Of a stretch of DNA of 64,000 bases, positions 36,801 to 51,800 are shown piece by piece. Position 1 is the first letter of the stretch, and every line of letters begins with the position of its first letter. The DNA comes from Yuukianura sp. NJ FZ-2021 (taxonomy: Eukaryota). The notes beneath the pieces are model-generated. The model worked only from the letters and a program-made list of their open reading frames with translations, had not been told where the DNA came from and did no database searches. The translations under genes were made by a program, and so were the position numbers. The DNA lies in contig CM102283.1 in the NCBI GenBank assembly GCA_046563655.1, positions 6,076,001 through 6,140,000 of the forward strand. Direction: 5' to 3'.

Positions 36801-39800
36801 GTGCATCTGGTTTTGATTTGAAGAAGAGGCATTCCCACGGTGAAGTTGGATGATCCTACGGTCGCAGTCCAAGGACAAACGGATCTTCCAGAACAGCCAG
36901 AGGCAAAGGCAGCATCCCAACCACACTTGCAATTACCACCACCTAAGGAATTATTTCATTCCTAGGCATATAGGGATACTTCCAAGTACCTTACTCTCCC
37001 ACTTCCAAAGCTCAAAACCACACAGAGTTAATAAAAAAAAATTATTCAACAAAAAATAGAAAAATACCCCAAAAGAAAGATAACATTATTTTCAAAAATG
37101 ACACAAAATTGCTCCAGAAAGAAAAAAAAATTGTGGGGGTGAAAAGTGTTGAGGGGGTAGCTTTTCTCTAAATCTGCACAAGTAGGAAATGTTGTGATGA
37201 ATTTTCACGAGCATCTGTAATTTGAAAAAAGAAAAGAAAATTTTTGATTTTTGTAGTGTTGCATACCTCAGGATGAAAAGTTCAATTTGAAATCTGTTTG
37301 TTTTGTTTTCAATTTCAGAAACAGTTTTTTTTTTATATTTCCAATTTGAAAATTTCCAATTCAAGAACTGATGGAACTGTTTGTATTTGGAATTGAGTCA
37401 TTTGAACTCCGTTTCTAGATTAGTTTTGATTTGAAGTTCACTCTATATGGAGATTGGACAATTGGAAAATGCCTCCAAGGAACAAAGGAAACCTCAGGTC
37501 ATCTTCGTATAACAGAAAATAGGAAACAATGGAAAAGTTGTTTGGTTCGTGAAGCAAGTTGGAGAATTTTCCACCCTTTCCTTGTTTGTTAACGTTGTTT
37601 TTGCTCCTGTTGGGCACTTTAAATGAACCCTACTACCTTATTCTTTCAACCACCTTAAGGAAGCAGCCACTTTCAAATTTCAAAATTTCAAATCTTCCCT
37701 CCCAGATTTCCTCCATCTTCTCCGCTTCCCACCTGTCTACCACTAAATTCCACAGTTCCAGCTGCACTCGTGCTCTCCGTCTTTAATCCTTAACACAGAT
37801 TGGTCATTAACTCAACAAAATCAAAATTTACAGGCACTGCTTGGCGCGTTCTCAATCTCAATTTGACAAAAAAAAAATCAACTTCCTTTGAAACAAAATA
37901 AGTTAAAAAAAAACAATAACTTATTCATATTTCAGAATTTTTTAATTTCTATAAAAATTCAATTCTTCCTGAGCAGAAGAAACATTAAAGATTTTAGTTT
38001 TAATTTTCGTTTAGGTTTAGGTTTTCCTTTACCTAAATTTAAATCATGCATTTATTGTGTTCTCTTTTGATATTATTTTTTGGAAGGTGTGGAAGTTTTT
38101 GAAAATTTTAAATTTCAAAAAGTCATGCTTCCGAAGTATGTCTAAACGGCGTGTTAGCGCAAAAAGACGCCAGAGTTGAATTTAGTCACATGATCATGCG
38201 TGGTGCTTTTTGATGTTGCGAAATTGAAGAGTACGGTCATTGAATCCAGGGAAAAACGTATAGATGGAAGGTGTGAAAAAATCGGCGTTTTCTTTTGAAA
38301 TTGAACGATTATGAACGGTGTCCACCTTTGTCAACTTTTAAGTTTATTTTGGAAAGGAAGTTGATACTGCAAAGTGCCTAGGCGAAGATGATTTTTGGAA
38401 TGAAAACAGATTAGGAAGATGATGAGAGGCTTATGAACTTATCCGAGCATTAACTGCTTCCCTCCTTTACTTCGGAAGATCCTTTACTTAGATGAAGATG
38501 ATGTTAGGATACTGCAAGTGGATCTGTCACGGCGGAAACTTTAGTAGTAACACAAAAGAAACTTCACCATTACCAAAGAAGCGTCAAATTCTGAGTAATT
38601 GTAGGATAAGAATTAAACTCATCCCTCCAACATGTTCATTTGGTTACACGACTACTACATTCAAGTCAGAAGTTACTGCAGTGTCAAAGATGTTGAAAAT
38701 GCTACAAAAAGTTGGCGGATCATTTTCAAACTTACCACTTTGGCCACATGCAGATTCGTAATTTCCGGAGTTTTGCTCAAAGATAATTCCAAGTACTTAG
38801 GAATGAATGACATTTCTACTCAGACATTGCAATCCAATGACGCGCTTAAGTGGCGCATAAACTTAACGAAAATAAATTAATTAATTAAACTAATTAAAAA
38901 TAAAAGATTAAGATGTCGAACTTTTGTTGTTTTAGAAATTTTACAAATACAAAGCTTGAAGGGAGTAAGAAAGATTTTTATAGAAAACTTGGCAGAAAAA
39001 AAAAGCCTTTTGAAAGATTTTCTCGATTTTTTGCCTCAACCGATTTTCCAAGCGAATCTTGTTTTTTCGAATTGAATTTGAAGATTTTTGTTTGCAAACG
39101 CAACGAATTCATTGAGCAGATTTTTTTTCAGAAATGGTTTTCTCCTCGATGCGGATGTATTTTTTTAAATTTCCCGTAAAACCATGTAGCGTAAATTCGT
39201 CATTTCGCGAATGTGAAAAGTAGAGTTTGAATGAATTTTTGTAGGTCATAGTGCAGTGTCCTGTGGGCATTTCAGCGTTGATTGCTCTGGAGTAAGACAG
39301 GATGCTACTCGAGTGTCTGTGATTTGTGCATGGATTGATATGTTTTTTCGTTAAAATCCCTGGAGAGACACTTTCATGGAGAAGGATCATCCTCTTCATT
39401 GTGTCCCTTATGATAGGGGAGTGTGTGTGTTAGAACCTTATCACCGTGTCCACATGTTAACATACTGTGGACATTCCCGTTCCCACGGTCAGAGGACAAC
39501 GGACACCCTTCCAGGCTGTCCACATCGGTGGATATTCCACAAACATAGTAAAAAGATAAATTTATCCAGAAATATCAACTTGTTTGGCTCAATTCTTTAC
39601 ACAAGAAGAAAACCACAGGACTGCTAGCTCCGTTTTTGTTCAAAAAATCCAAACTCCAAAAACTGGACTTGCTGGAAGCCGCGATGCAATGAGGAAGTTT
39701 GCAATCGAACTTAAGTTCAAAAATTCCCTCCAGAATTTTGGTTAACCACGAACAACTTCTTCCTTCCAAAAACCAAGACTTGAATTTTTCTAAACTCAAA

Positions 39801-42800
39801 TCTTTTCAAAATATCTACAAGTAGCTGACCTCATTCCCAATTTTTGGAAAAATAGTAATTTTTTCCCGCGTTTTACAATTTACACACGCTTCCCATACCG
39901 CCGTACCACCACACCACATCCGCTTTCCTGTGTTACAATCCGCAAAAACCGAGTTTTTGGAAAAGCTTAATCTGGATTTGTGGAAAAATCTCAAATTTGA
40001 AAATTGCGATTTGATGAGAAAGTGCTGATAACAGCCAAAAGTTTTCAAAAAATTCAAATGCTAAAGAAAAACTACGCCGTCAAAACGGAAATTTTTCTGC
40101 AACTAACTGAAATATTTGGCTTTCAAAAACGACAAAAACGACAAGCAAATTTTTTTTCGAAATGCATTCAAAAAATATGTATTTTCAAATTTCAGATGCC
40201 CAAATACCTATGTTGGAGAATACTGCCAGTATCCAAATCCGTGTCACTCTTCACAAAATCGCTGTGAACACGGAGGATCGTGTAAACCCGTGCTGAAACC
40301 GAAAGCGGCGCCATCTTTTGCTTGTTCCTGTCCAGTGGGGTACACTTCAACATTTTGCGAACTGGAACTGTCCAATGCCTGTCAGTCCAATCCATGCTCC
40401 AACAATGGCTTATGTAAACTGTCAACACTGGAAGACTACACTTGCGCATGCGGAAATGGTTACCGTGGAAAACACTGCGAGACGATTGACCAGTGCTCGA
40501 TCAGTGGCAGTTCACCTTGCAAAAACGAGGGAAACTGCGTCCCAGATGATTCGATGCGTGGATATCATTGTGTCTGCGACGAAGGGTTCAAGGGCCCTAC
40601 ATGCCTTTCTGACATCAACGAATGTGACAACAAACAAAACTGTCTCCACGGATCTTGCCAAAATGTTTACGGATCATACAAGTAAGAAAAAATCAATTTA
40701 AAAAAATCTCTTTAAATTTTCAAATATTTTTTCTGAACCCTCCAAAACGCCACAAAATTTCCCCGCTACTTTGAAATGGCCGTAATTTCGAAAAATCTTT
40801 TCTTGCCGCCAAGACAATCCGTCATTACCGGTAATGTATCCGGCTTCACTTTCAGAGCCATGATTGGTTTCCGGTAATCAGAAAAAGGCGGGAAACGTAA
40901 CCAAATTACACAAAATATAAAATGTACAAAGTGGTTCAGAATAATTTTGTGTTTTAAGTCACAATAGCGCTGATTCGGAACAATTTCTAGTAAACAAGGG
41001 TTGATTGGGGTGAGTTTGATGTGAGATCACGTGCCTCCAGGGGATTTTTAAAAAGAAGAGGGAACGTTTGAATTCCATTTAACGTAGGTTACACATAGCC
41101 TAGTCAGAAGAAACGTGAGGCCATCATAATTGAAAGGAACGAGGAATTAATGTTCGTTGGGTTTGTTGCAAAAGGGGTTGGTGAAGGGGACGTTGATTAT
41201 TCATTATTCATAAGGGACCCTACAGAGCCCTTAAAGGGGCCAAAGGGCCCTCTCAATTCAACAGATGCTTTCAAACAATACGGAACCGTTAGTCCTAGGT
41301 TGTTAAGTTCCAACGGCTCGCTCTCGTTTCCCTTTAAATTGAAATCGGTGTAGAGTCATTGTCTGGTGTGTTGGAATTGAGTAATGATCAGTTGGCCTTT
41401 GACCTTTTGTGGCCCTGCTTAATTGAGAAACCACGCAACTGACCCTAAACTGTACGCAAATGACCCTTAAGTCCCTCTATCTGTTTAAGGAATCACGGTT
41501 CCAAGACTTTGTCATTAAGGGACCCCCTCCAAGAACAATCTTTGGCCCTTCATTAGACATATTTGAAAAAGGGCGCTCAAAATCAAACAGATCATTTATT
41601 TTCAAAACCATTAAATCGCCGGTCGTGCTTGAATTTGAGCTCATCCGTTCCCTCAAGTTGTTCGCTCCGGGAAAACTCACGACGGCCACGGAATGTCGCT
41701 TTTCCGACTTTTGAATTTTTCCGCGCAGTTTCCAATTGGCTCCCATTGTTACTCTTGTTCCTTTGTTTTCGTCAATGAACAATTTTTAAATTCGGAACCA
41801 GAAAATAGCTGGGCTAAAGAAACGTTGTTCCAAGTTATTATGCTAACAATGGAACCTCATTTTCACAATCCAAAAACAAGCATTCCTCAAATTGCACCTT
41901 CAGGCTATACTTTAAAAGTCGCAAAATTCGAATTTAAACTTCACAACTTATCGAATTTTTGAATTTTGTTTTTGAAATTTTAAGTTAACTTGTTCAAATA
42001 CAATTTCTTAGGATATTTTTGGTTACGAGGTTGATGAACCGTGTCATTTTCGATTCCATTTTGTACTTTTCCTTCATAAAAAAGTTAATTAGAGGGTAGA
42101 GTTTTTACTGCCGGTGGAGCGTATACTAGGTAGTTACATAAGATGACTGAAGATGATTCAACCCCCCCCCCTTCTGTGCCACCCCCCCCCCCTATCCACA
42201 TCACCCCCCCCCCCTCCTGTTACGTGGTGTGTATACGGTAATACTGGCGTGTAGGTTAATGTTATTGCTTTGTTTCCAGGTGTAAGTGCTTCGAAGGGTA
42301 CACTGGGAAGACGTGTTCAGAGAAATTCATTCCTTGTGAGCCCTCCCCCTGCCAAAATGGCGGAAGCTGCAAGAGAACAGGCAACCTCACCTATGAGTGT
42401 ACCTGCCCCAGAGGTAAGCACGTCCATTATTCCTTCAAAATCCATTTTCAAAAAACTTTTTCAAAAAGACCCCACTGTACTTTCAAAAAGTCCCCGAAAA
42501 GGGACCAGGGCCCTTAACAAATTCAATGAGCTCCAATTCCCTCTGAAGTGAAGATGAAAAGCTCCCTTGAAGGAGTAGATCCAAAGTGCTCTAGCGTTTC
42601 TGCTCATGCGTGAGCGTAATTGGAGATGATTGGAACGAACGTTCATTATTCGACTGCAAACGCGCGTTTTATGTTCGAAAAGTCTTGGTTTACCCTGAGC
42701 TAAGCCCGAGAAAACATGAGCGCTTGTGTTCAAATTTTCTTGACATGAGCGTCTCTTTTCAAAAATTTGAGAGGTTAACATGGACCTTGTGTTGAAAATG

Positions 42801-45800
42801 TTTAGAACATAGGATATTGTGTTGAAATTGTTGAGAACAGAGCATGAGCGTTGATTTTGAAGGTAGAGTGTCCTTGTGATGGTAAGTTAATTGGGCTGAA
42901 TGTGGTGGGATTGAAGTGACTACTAACTGGGTTCAGTCAACCGCGGAGCCTGGGGCTCTGGATTTCGAAATGAAGAAGATGCTGCACGGAAGCTGCTTGC
43001 AGAAGATGATGATCAGAATGCGAGATGCCTAATGTAATTTTCTGAATGTAGATCTCTCCATTTACAACAACTTTTGGAACAGCTTCATTGATCTTCCCAC
43101 TTTCAGATACATAAGTTAGGCTAACCTAACCTAATCTTTCGGAAGCATTTGGTCTGCCTGACGTAGTTACTCCCTCTAGTCAAATTTTAAGTTCAGAATT
43201 TTAATGTTGTTTGAGGAGAGTCAGATTTTTCAGAATTTTAATGTTGGAATTTCAAATCCTGTTGATCTTTACCATTAATCAAAAGTCTTAACGTTGAACT
43301 TTCCCAATTCATCAAAATTTATGTTAATTCTTGAACTTTTACAGTATTAATCAAAATTCCTTGACTTCCACGATGACTCTGAAGTGGATTTTGTGAAATT
43401 TCAGCTAATGAGCATGCGTGAATGTCAGGAAATGCGGAAACTGCTCCGCCTCTAGAAAGAGTCACTTTCACCCGGAGGAGGAGCTTGGGAACCCGTTTTC
43501 GGGTAACAGGACACCCATTACCGGTTGGAAGGCGTTTGGGGGGCAGCAAAACTCAAACCCCCTCCCCCATGTTTTGAAGGGGGGGGGGGTTGAAACCTTG
43601 TTTTTTGAACACGGGGATTAAGGTTCTCAGCAAATCCAGTTTATTGAAAACGAAAAAACTTGTTAATCCGCTCAATTACATTAACATTTTGGAGAAACTG
43701 AGCAGTGTGCGTCAAGGTTATGCTCTGATATAACTTTTGTTAGGAAAGTGTCAATTAAGTTTCAAAAAGCGTCGAGGTCAATGACCTTTTTAACTAAAAA
43801 TTCAAAACAAGTTCAATTTTAGCTGTCAACTCAGTAGCAAATTTTGGAAAAGTTTCCCAGGCCCTTAAGCAATTGGAACTAAACCACAATTTTTGTTCTA
43901 ATTTGATTAAAAGGGACCATGGGCGCCTTAATTTTTTTGTGGGAGATTTGAAAAAAAGAGGAAGATGAGTAACTGGATTTGAAAATTAAGAAGGCGCGGG
44001 TTTTTGATCCAGAAAGTGAAAAGCGTCGAGGCGTGTTTCCTTTAAAGTCGTGTGGAGACAATGGGACACTTCAATTGTAGTGGTGATGAGAACTTTCCCA
44101 TGACTTAAAAACAGTTGAAAATGCTGGAAGTGAGTCAGTTCTTGCATGCATAAGGTCTTTATGAAGAGGAAGATGCGCAAGATTGAGTCAGAAGATGCGC
44201 AAGACGTTACATGATGTTGGAGGAGGTGAAGAACCACTTGACACCCACCACCACCACCACAGTTGAACTTATTGCATGAAAGTCGTACTGCCAAAACCCC
44301 TTAATTTCAAACTCTCCCTCCGAAAAAACAAGTCCATAGGTTATGAATGAACTCTGACAAAATGTTCCCACGCTCCTGAAACTCCGCCGCAACTCTTTTT
44401 CCCTCTAATCCTCTTCTCTTTCTTTTTGAATTTTTGTGTCCCCGCCAATTATGCCTCCAGATGAAGTCAAAAGTTGGCGCCAAAGCTTGTCTGCAGTATT
44501 GCGGTTGATGGATTAGATCAAATTAGGGCTTCTGCGTAAAAAGAAGCAAAGTAGTTACTGCGCAGGCCTGAAACAAGACTTTTCCTACTCAGAGTGATGC
44601 AAAACAAATGTACCTGCGTAAGGGGATGAAAAATAGACTTATTTTAACAGAGGGATGAAAAATAGACCTTAATTTGCATAGGGGGATGAAAATGAAAGCT
44701 GTGACACTAAAACATAATGAAATGAAAATTAAAAAACCCCAAAAAAAGTTTTTTGAACAATTTTTTTTTATTTTTTCTGAAATTTTGTAGGTTTCACTGG
44801 CATTCATTGTCAAGAAAACATTGACGACTGTGACAAGCACAACTGTCAAAATGGCGCCACTTGCCTTGACGGAATTGGTTCCTACACTTGTCAATGTCCA
44901 CCTTCATATACCGGGACTTACTGTCAACAAGACATTGACGAGTGCTCTCTACGGCCACAAGTATGCAAAAATGGCGCCACTTGTACAAATACCATTGGAG
45001 GCTACAACTGCATTTGCGTCAACGGTTGGACAGGACATGAGTAAGGATTAATGACCTCAAAAACTCAATTTTTCGCAAAAAACTAACTTTTCTCTAAAAT
45101 ATTCTGAAAATTGACTTTTTATGATATCTTCGCAGTTGCCAGGAAAACATTGACGACTGCGCAGGAGCAGCATGTCTCAATGGCGCCACTTGCTACGACC
45201 GAGTAGCCGGATTCTACTGTCAGTGCCCCCTGGGGAAAACAGGCTTGTTGTGTCACCTCACGGACGCCTGTACGTCCAACCCTTGCTTCGAGGGGGCAAT
45301 GTGCGAAACGAGTCCAATTGACGGATCGTACGTCTGCTCTTGTCCCAGTGGCTACAAGGGGATGAACTGTACAGTGGATATTGATGAATGTGCTGAAGGT
45401 TGGAAAAAATTTAAATTTTCCCACCACAAAATCTACAACAGGAAGCATGTGATGATATAAAAGTCGATTTTTTAAATTCTTGAAGGTTCCCCATGTGAGC
45501 ATCATGGCCTCTGCGTAAATACGCCTGGTTCTTATCGGTGTTCCTGTCAGGAAGGATTTACGGGAACGCGGTAAGAGATCAACATCTTTTTCGCAAAAAA
45601 AAATTGCTAATTACAATTACTTTTTTGTTTCAAATTCCATAAAAATGTTATAACTTTTTTCAGGTGTGAAGTAAACATCAATGAATGTAAGTTTTACTGC
45701 TTCTTTTGTCATGCACTTTAAGTTCAACCGAGCAGTTTTCAAAAATTAGTAACATCAAAACAAATTCGCAATGGCGAAAAAACTAAATTGTAGAAATAGT

Positions 45801-48800
45801 TAAAATTCAAAAATTTGAAAATTTTCAGGTGAGTCCAACCCTTGTCGAAATCTCGGAACTTGTTTGGATGAGCGCGGTGGCTTTCGGTGTCTGTGCATGC
45901 CAGGTACGCCAAGTTTTTTTTATAAGACTTGCTTTTTCGAAATTTGAGAAGGTATTTTCGTTTTTTCCCTTGTTTTTTTTTTTGAAAATGACTTTTCAAA
46001 AATGTACCTGAAACCATTTGTCACTGCATACTGACATGTGTGACAAGATGGACGGTTGTCCAGTAGCTTCTAAGAGTGATGACTCCCCATTGTCTTTACA
46101 TTTTGGACTTTGTTCACAAGTGCCTTCCAGGCACATGGAACAACCAACCCTTCAATAGATCTTGAACGATAACCTTGAAGCTAAGGGGCCATGACTGGTC
46201 CCTTCAAGTCCCCTCATGTCCACTGCTTGAGTGAATGTTTGTCTTCATCTTTGAATTCCACCGCTAAAACTGTAAAGTTCAAGATCATCGTGTGATTGCG
46301 GAAGACAAACAAGTTTGAATGTCAAATGCCACTGAAGAAGGTACCTTCTGCGGTTGCTCTGCGGCTAACCAAAAGAACAGCCTCGGGCACTGCGCCTGCG
46401 TCTACAAACACTTTTTGTCTCATCTCACCCCCTTGCGGTCGGATGACCATGAAATTCCTACTCAAATTGGCACGTAATTCAAAATGTTCAACTGAGAACG
46501 TCAAGAGTAGCAGTTTAGAATAAGGGGAGCAGCTGAAGGTGTGTTTCAACGGATCAGAGTGATTCAGAGGATTAGGGAATCCACAGTTTTCACAATGATG
46601 CCCAGGGTACCGCTTTTCCTATGATTTTTCAGATTTTGAAAAAAGAGGAAGTGATATTGAATTCTGGTGGTTCTGGAAATTACTCGACTGGAAAATTCTT
46701 TTTTGATTTTTTTTTGGATGAGTAGAATAGTAGAGTTCGCTTTAGGTGTGGGGAGAAGATTGTTGGCTTCATTGTTGCATCTGAGGGTTCGAATCCCAGT
46801 CCATTGTTAGATTTTTTCTTTGAGAGTCAGAAGGCTCTCTGGTCCATTGGATTTCACAATTTCATGAAAGAGGGAAATTTCAAACCTCCAATGAAGGGCT
46901 TTCTTTTCTTAAAGAAGATGAGTTTTGGTTTTTCTAAAAATGGTTTTCAAAATATAACAAAATCATGCGTCGGAAGCTGAACTGAAAAGTCTTTATTTCC
47001 TTTCTTGTGTGGCAAGAATCAAAAACTTTAACAAAAGAATTTTTGATTTTTTGAAAGAAACGTGTTTGCCGAGAACAGAAGCGAATTAGACGCTTTTCAA
47101 ACCGATAACTTTTCGAACGATTTCGAATTTTTATGTTTCCCGCTTAGAAGTATAAACCCACATTTCTTCAAAAAAAAACTTTCTCTAAGAAAACTTTTAA
47201 GTTGTATTGTTGCTGTTTTTTTTGGAAAAAAAAAACAAATGTGGTTGACATGTTTGAATTTTTTTGAACTTGTAACATTTTAAATCTGGCGGGTTTTCGT
47301 TTTTTGAACAACTTTTCATCCGGGGTTTAAAAAGTGTTATCTGATACTGGACACGACTTAAGTCAGTGTCTTTTCGCTGCTGACTGCTTGCATGTGGTGG
47401 CGCGTTTTTTCAAAATTGGCTTTTGGACCTGTTTTTCCGTTCAAGAGAGTTCTTCTTCCTAATGGAATCTTTAATCTCTGGGTCTCTTCAAATCTTCCTG
47501 CCCGGGAAGATTTGAAAAGCGTAGAAGATTGAGAGATGAGAGATAAGGGTTCTGGAAGGGGGGCCTTGGTGACCCCTTATCCCTTTGTTCAAAAAAGCTT
47601 GAATTTTTTGTTCGTCTGACCTTCAACTAAAACTACTGCTGCATCAGCATCATCCCTCTCTGCTTCATTCGTCGTCAATCCCTTGGAAAAAGGCTTTTTC
47701 ATCTCTTCCACTTCCATTCAACTGGCTTTTCGAATGACGCCGCCAAGGATTGTGGGCCCTTGGATCATCCAAAGTCCCCTTTTGTCAGATACACGACGAA
47801 GGGCCCCCTTGGAATTCAAAAAAGCAACCACTTCCAAATCCTGAGCTCAGAAAAACCACTTCCAAATCCAAAATGTACACACGACAACCTAGTTTCTTCC
47901 TAACTGATGCCTCCATGCGACGAATATTGGCTTAATTTGTGCAGAATTTAGAAGGGCCTAAACGATCCCCTTCACTTTCCAACGGATCCACTCAAGTCCC
48001 CCCTTCAAACTTTGTGCAAGGCCTGATTAAGGCAATTTCCAATGAACGGGAGAGTGGAGTCTAACGTCTAACGAGGTCAAACGCTTCTAGAAAATACTTT
48101 CAAGGGCCCCTATTCACCTAAGGGCCACTTCCTAAAAGTCAAGGAAAGTCTAAGGGTGATTGGTTCTAAATGTGCTGGAACCTCAGCTTTTATGTTTCTT
48201 GACGCGAATTATAAAAGTGACAATTTTGTGCAATTTTGGTCCAAAAAAATGATAAAGGAATCGATGAATACCCGGAAACTTTTGTTTCAAGTTAACAGAC
48301 TTCAAGTAAAATTTTATTTTTTATTTTGAAGGATTTACTGGACCGCAATGTGAAATTGACATTGACGAGTGTGCAACAAACGGTAATAAATTTGAATTTG
48401 AATAACTTTAACTTTCGATATTTCAGTAATCACATTTTCCCTAAATATTTGAATTAATTGAGATTAGTTAGTAATTAACTACTACAATTAATTTTACTTT
48501 GTTAGGCAACCCATGTTTGCACAACTCTCGATGTGTTGATGGTGTGAATGGATTTTCGTGTCGCTGTAATGCCGGTTTCACTGGAAGACGCTGTGAAACT
48601 AACATCAACGAATGCGATATCACTCCACAGCCATGTCTCAATGGTAAACAAAAATTCAAAAAACAGCCAACAAACAAAATTTTGACTGTTTTGACAAAAT
48701 TCAGGTGGAAAATGCATCGATTCCATTAACGCCTACTACTGCTCGTGCCCTAAAGGATTCACTGGTAAGTAAAAAGTTTATGATTTTGTCACATTTAACT

Positions 48801-51800
48801 CGGCATAATGCATGAAAACGCAAATTTTTAAATTTTTAGGTACAAACTGCGAAGTGAACATTGACGACTGTGCTTCCTACGGAAGTTCGTCCGAGGGACC
48901 GTGTCACCATGGCCGATGCATCGACGGAATCAACAGTTTTTCATGTCTTTGTGACAGAGGGTACACAGGTCACTTGTGCCAGACGCAAATCAACGAGTGT
49001 CTCAACCCCATACCTGTTTGTGCGCATGGTACGTAAAAACAATAACATATTAATGAATAAGTATATAAAATATCTAAACAACAAATAATACATCATATAT
49101 TTTAAAGGTGGAACGTGTGAAGACCGGATTGATGGGTTCCATTGTCACTGTCCTGCTGGGACAGGAGGACCACGATGTGAGAACAATGTCAACGACTGCT
49201 TCAGTAACCCATGTATCAATGGGGGGCGATGCATCGATGGAATCAATCGCTACACATGTGAATGTGAGCCTGGTTTTGCGGGACAGGTACGATTAACAAA
49301 AAAAAATAAAGTTTTTTTGTTCGAAATCTGTTTGTTTTAAATTCGGATGTAACAATTTTTGAATTGCTGATTTCTGTCTCAGAATTGTGAAATTGACATC
49401 AATGAGTGCGCAAGTCATCCTTGTGCTAACGGAGGTGAGTGCACGGATCTCGTCAACGCCTACAAATGCAAATGTCCAAGAGGATACTTCGGACCACGTT
49501 GCCTCTCAGACTTGGACGAATGTGCGCAGAATCCTTGTGTGAACAATGGCGTCTGTGAAGACGGAATCAATTCTTACATTTGCCATTGTCCTCCTGGCTA
49601 CACTGGTCCGTAACAAATAAAAATTTTAATTTACAACAATCATTAAAATTCAGTTGAAGTTGTCCAGATTTTTAACGTGATTCAAAATTTTGAATTCAGG
49701 TAAACGATGTGAATTGGAAAGGAACGAATGTGCGAGTAACCCTTGCCAACACCAAGGCGTCTGTCAAGATCTCCTCAACGCCTATGCATGCGTCTGTCCC
49801 AGTGGCTTCAGCGGGAAAAAGTAAATTTTAATTCAATTTTCAGTTTTAGTGAATCGGATGAATTTACTGGACTAAAATTTTATTCTGTTATCTGTTTTTA
49901 GCTGTGAAATTAACGTCGACGACTGTGCAGTTGGCGCTCAGCCGAAGTGCAAAAATGGTAAGCTCGTGGGTAATTTAATTTGAAAATTATTTGTCGTACA
50001 TGTATTTTTTATGTTATAGGCGGCTCATGCATTGACCTGGTCAATGGTTACAAATGTGTTTGTACATTGCCTTGGACTGGATCTACATGTGAAAACGAAC
50101 TTGACCCATGTCATCCTAACAAATGCAAAAATGGAGCCTCTTGTACACCAACGTCCAACTTCATGGATTTCTCATGTCGCTGCAACTTGGGTTACACTGG
50201 AAGACTCTGTGCTGACGACATAGACGAATGTGCCATTTCCAACAATAATCAGTGTAGAAACGGGGGTACTTGCATCAATACCAATGGATCTTACATTTGT
50301 GAATGCGCTCCAGGCTTTGAAGGTAACTTTTTTGAAAATCCTTAACAATACAATTTAATTTATTTGAAGGCAAGGACTGCGTCATCAACACGGACGAATG
50401 CAAAGTTTCAAAGTGTCTCAACGGGTACAGCAGAATGCTCAATTTTATTATTTCTATTTTTTTCATTTTTATTATTTCTCTTGTAAAATGTAATGTTTTA
50501 AATTTAAACAGGGGCACATGTCTTGATGGAATTGGGAACTACACTTGTTTGTGTGTTGATGGATTTGATGGAAGAATGTGTGAAAACGACAGAGATGAAT
50601 GTGACCCTAACCCGTGTGTCCACGGAACATGTCAAGATTATGTCAACTCCTATTCATGCACATGCGATGTTGGATTTTCAGGAACAAAGTAATATTACAA
50701 AAATTATGATCCATAAAACTATTTTATACATGAGCATATTTTTTTTACTTTTGTTTCAATTTTTAGTTGCCAAATTAATGACGAGGATTGTGCAGACTCG
50801 AGCTGTCTCAATGGTGAGGATTCATTTGAAAAAAAAATTTGAAATTTTTAAATTTGAAACTGGTAGATTAAAATAAGTATGGAATTTTTGTGTCGTAGGT
50901 GGAACTTGCATTGACGGCGTCAATAATTTTACTTGCAGTAAGTGCAGGATTTAATCAAAAAATATTTATAAAGCAACAAACAAATTTTTTTGTAACAAAA
51001 TCTCGTTTTTCCTCAGATTGCATGCCTGGATGGACCGGCCCGTACTGTGCTTTGTAAGTAACAAAATTTCTTAACATAATTACTTTCTTTGTTCTTTTTC
51101 GGATTTTTTCTTTTCAAAATACTACATTTGGAATTCTCATGCTTAATTTTTTCAAATTCCAAACTTTTAGATCCATCAAGGAATGCGACTCATCTCCATG
51201 TGCAAATGGTGGTTCTTGTATTGACCTTGTGGGCCACTACCGATGTCACTGCCCCTACGGCTTTACCGGTGAACGTTGCACGGAATACGTCGACTGGTGC
51301 AGTTCATCTCCTTGCCTAAACGGCGTCTGTCACCAGAAGGAGAACAAGTTTAAGTGCGCATGTGACCCAGGTTGGAATGGACTCAGTTGTGACGTTGAAA
51401 TGGTCTCTTGCGTCGACGCGTCTCTGCGTAAAGGCGTCAGTCTCGATAAGCTCTGTCACAATGGAACCTGTCAAGACATTGGAAAAGAACATCGCTGTTT
51501 GTGCAAAGAGGGATTCACAGGAAGTTACTGCCAAGCTGAAATCAATGAGTGTGACAGCGGTAAGACCACTTCTTAAAATTGAAAATTTTGAAAAATTAAA
51601 AATTTTTCATTGAGCAAAATTTTCTTGATGTTTCTTAGCTCCCTGTCAAAACGGAGCGACGTGTCTGGATCTTGTGGGATCGTACTTGTGTCAATGTCCA
51701 CAAGGATTCCAGGGACCAAACTGTGAACTGAACATTGACGACTGTTCGCCAAACAATCCATGTCAAAATGGCGGCGTGTGCCACGATCTGGTAGATTCGT

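Noticed and set aside
46745-46805. GGTTCGAATCC (tRNA B-box/T-loop) in a Notch intron
   Set aside because: I could not fold a convincing cloverleaf or find an A-box. At best it is a decayed tRNA-derived SINE fragment; tRNAscan-SE would settle it.
32398-48000. Numerous 60-150 aa ORFs upstream of Notch and in its large introns
   Set aside because: No domains or consistent splice structure. They are treated as chance ORFs, and no nested gene or transposase was recognised.
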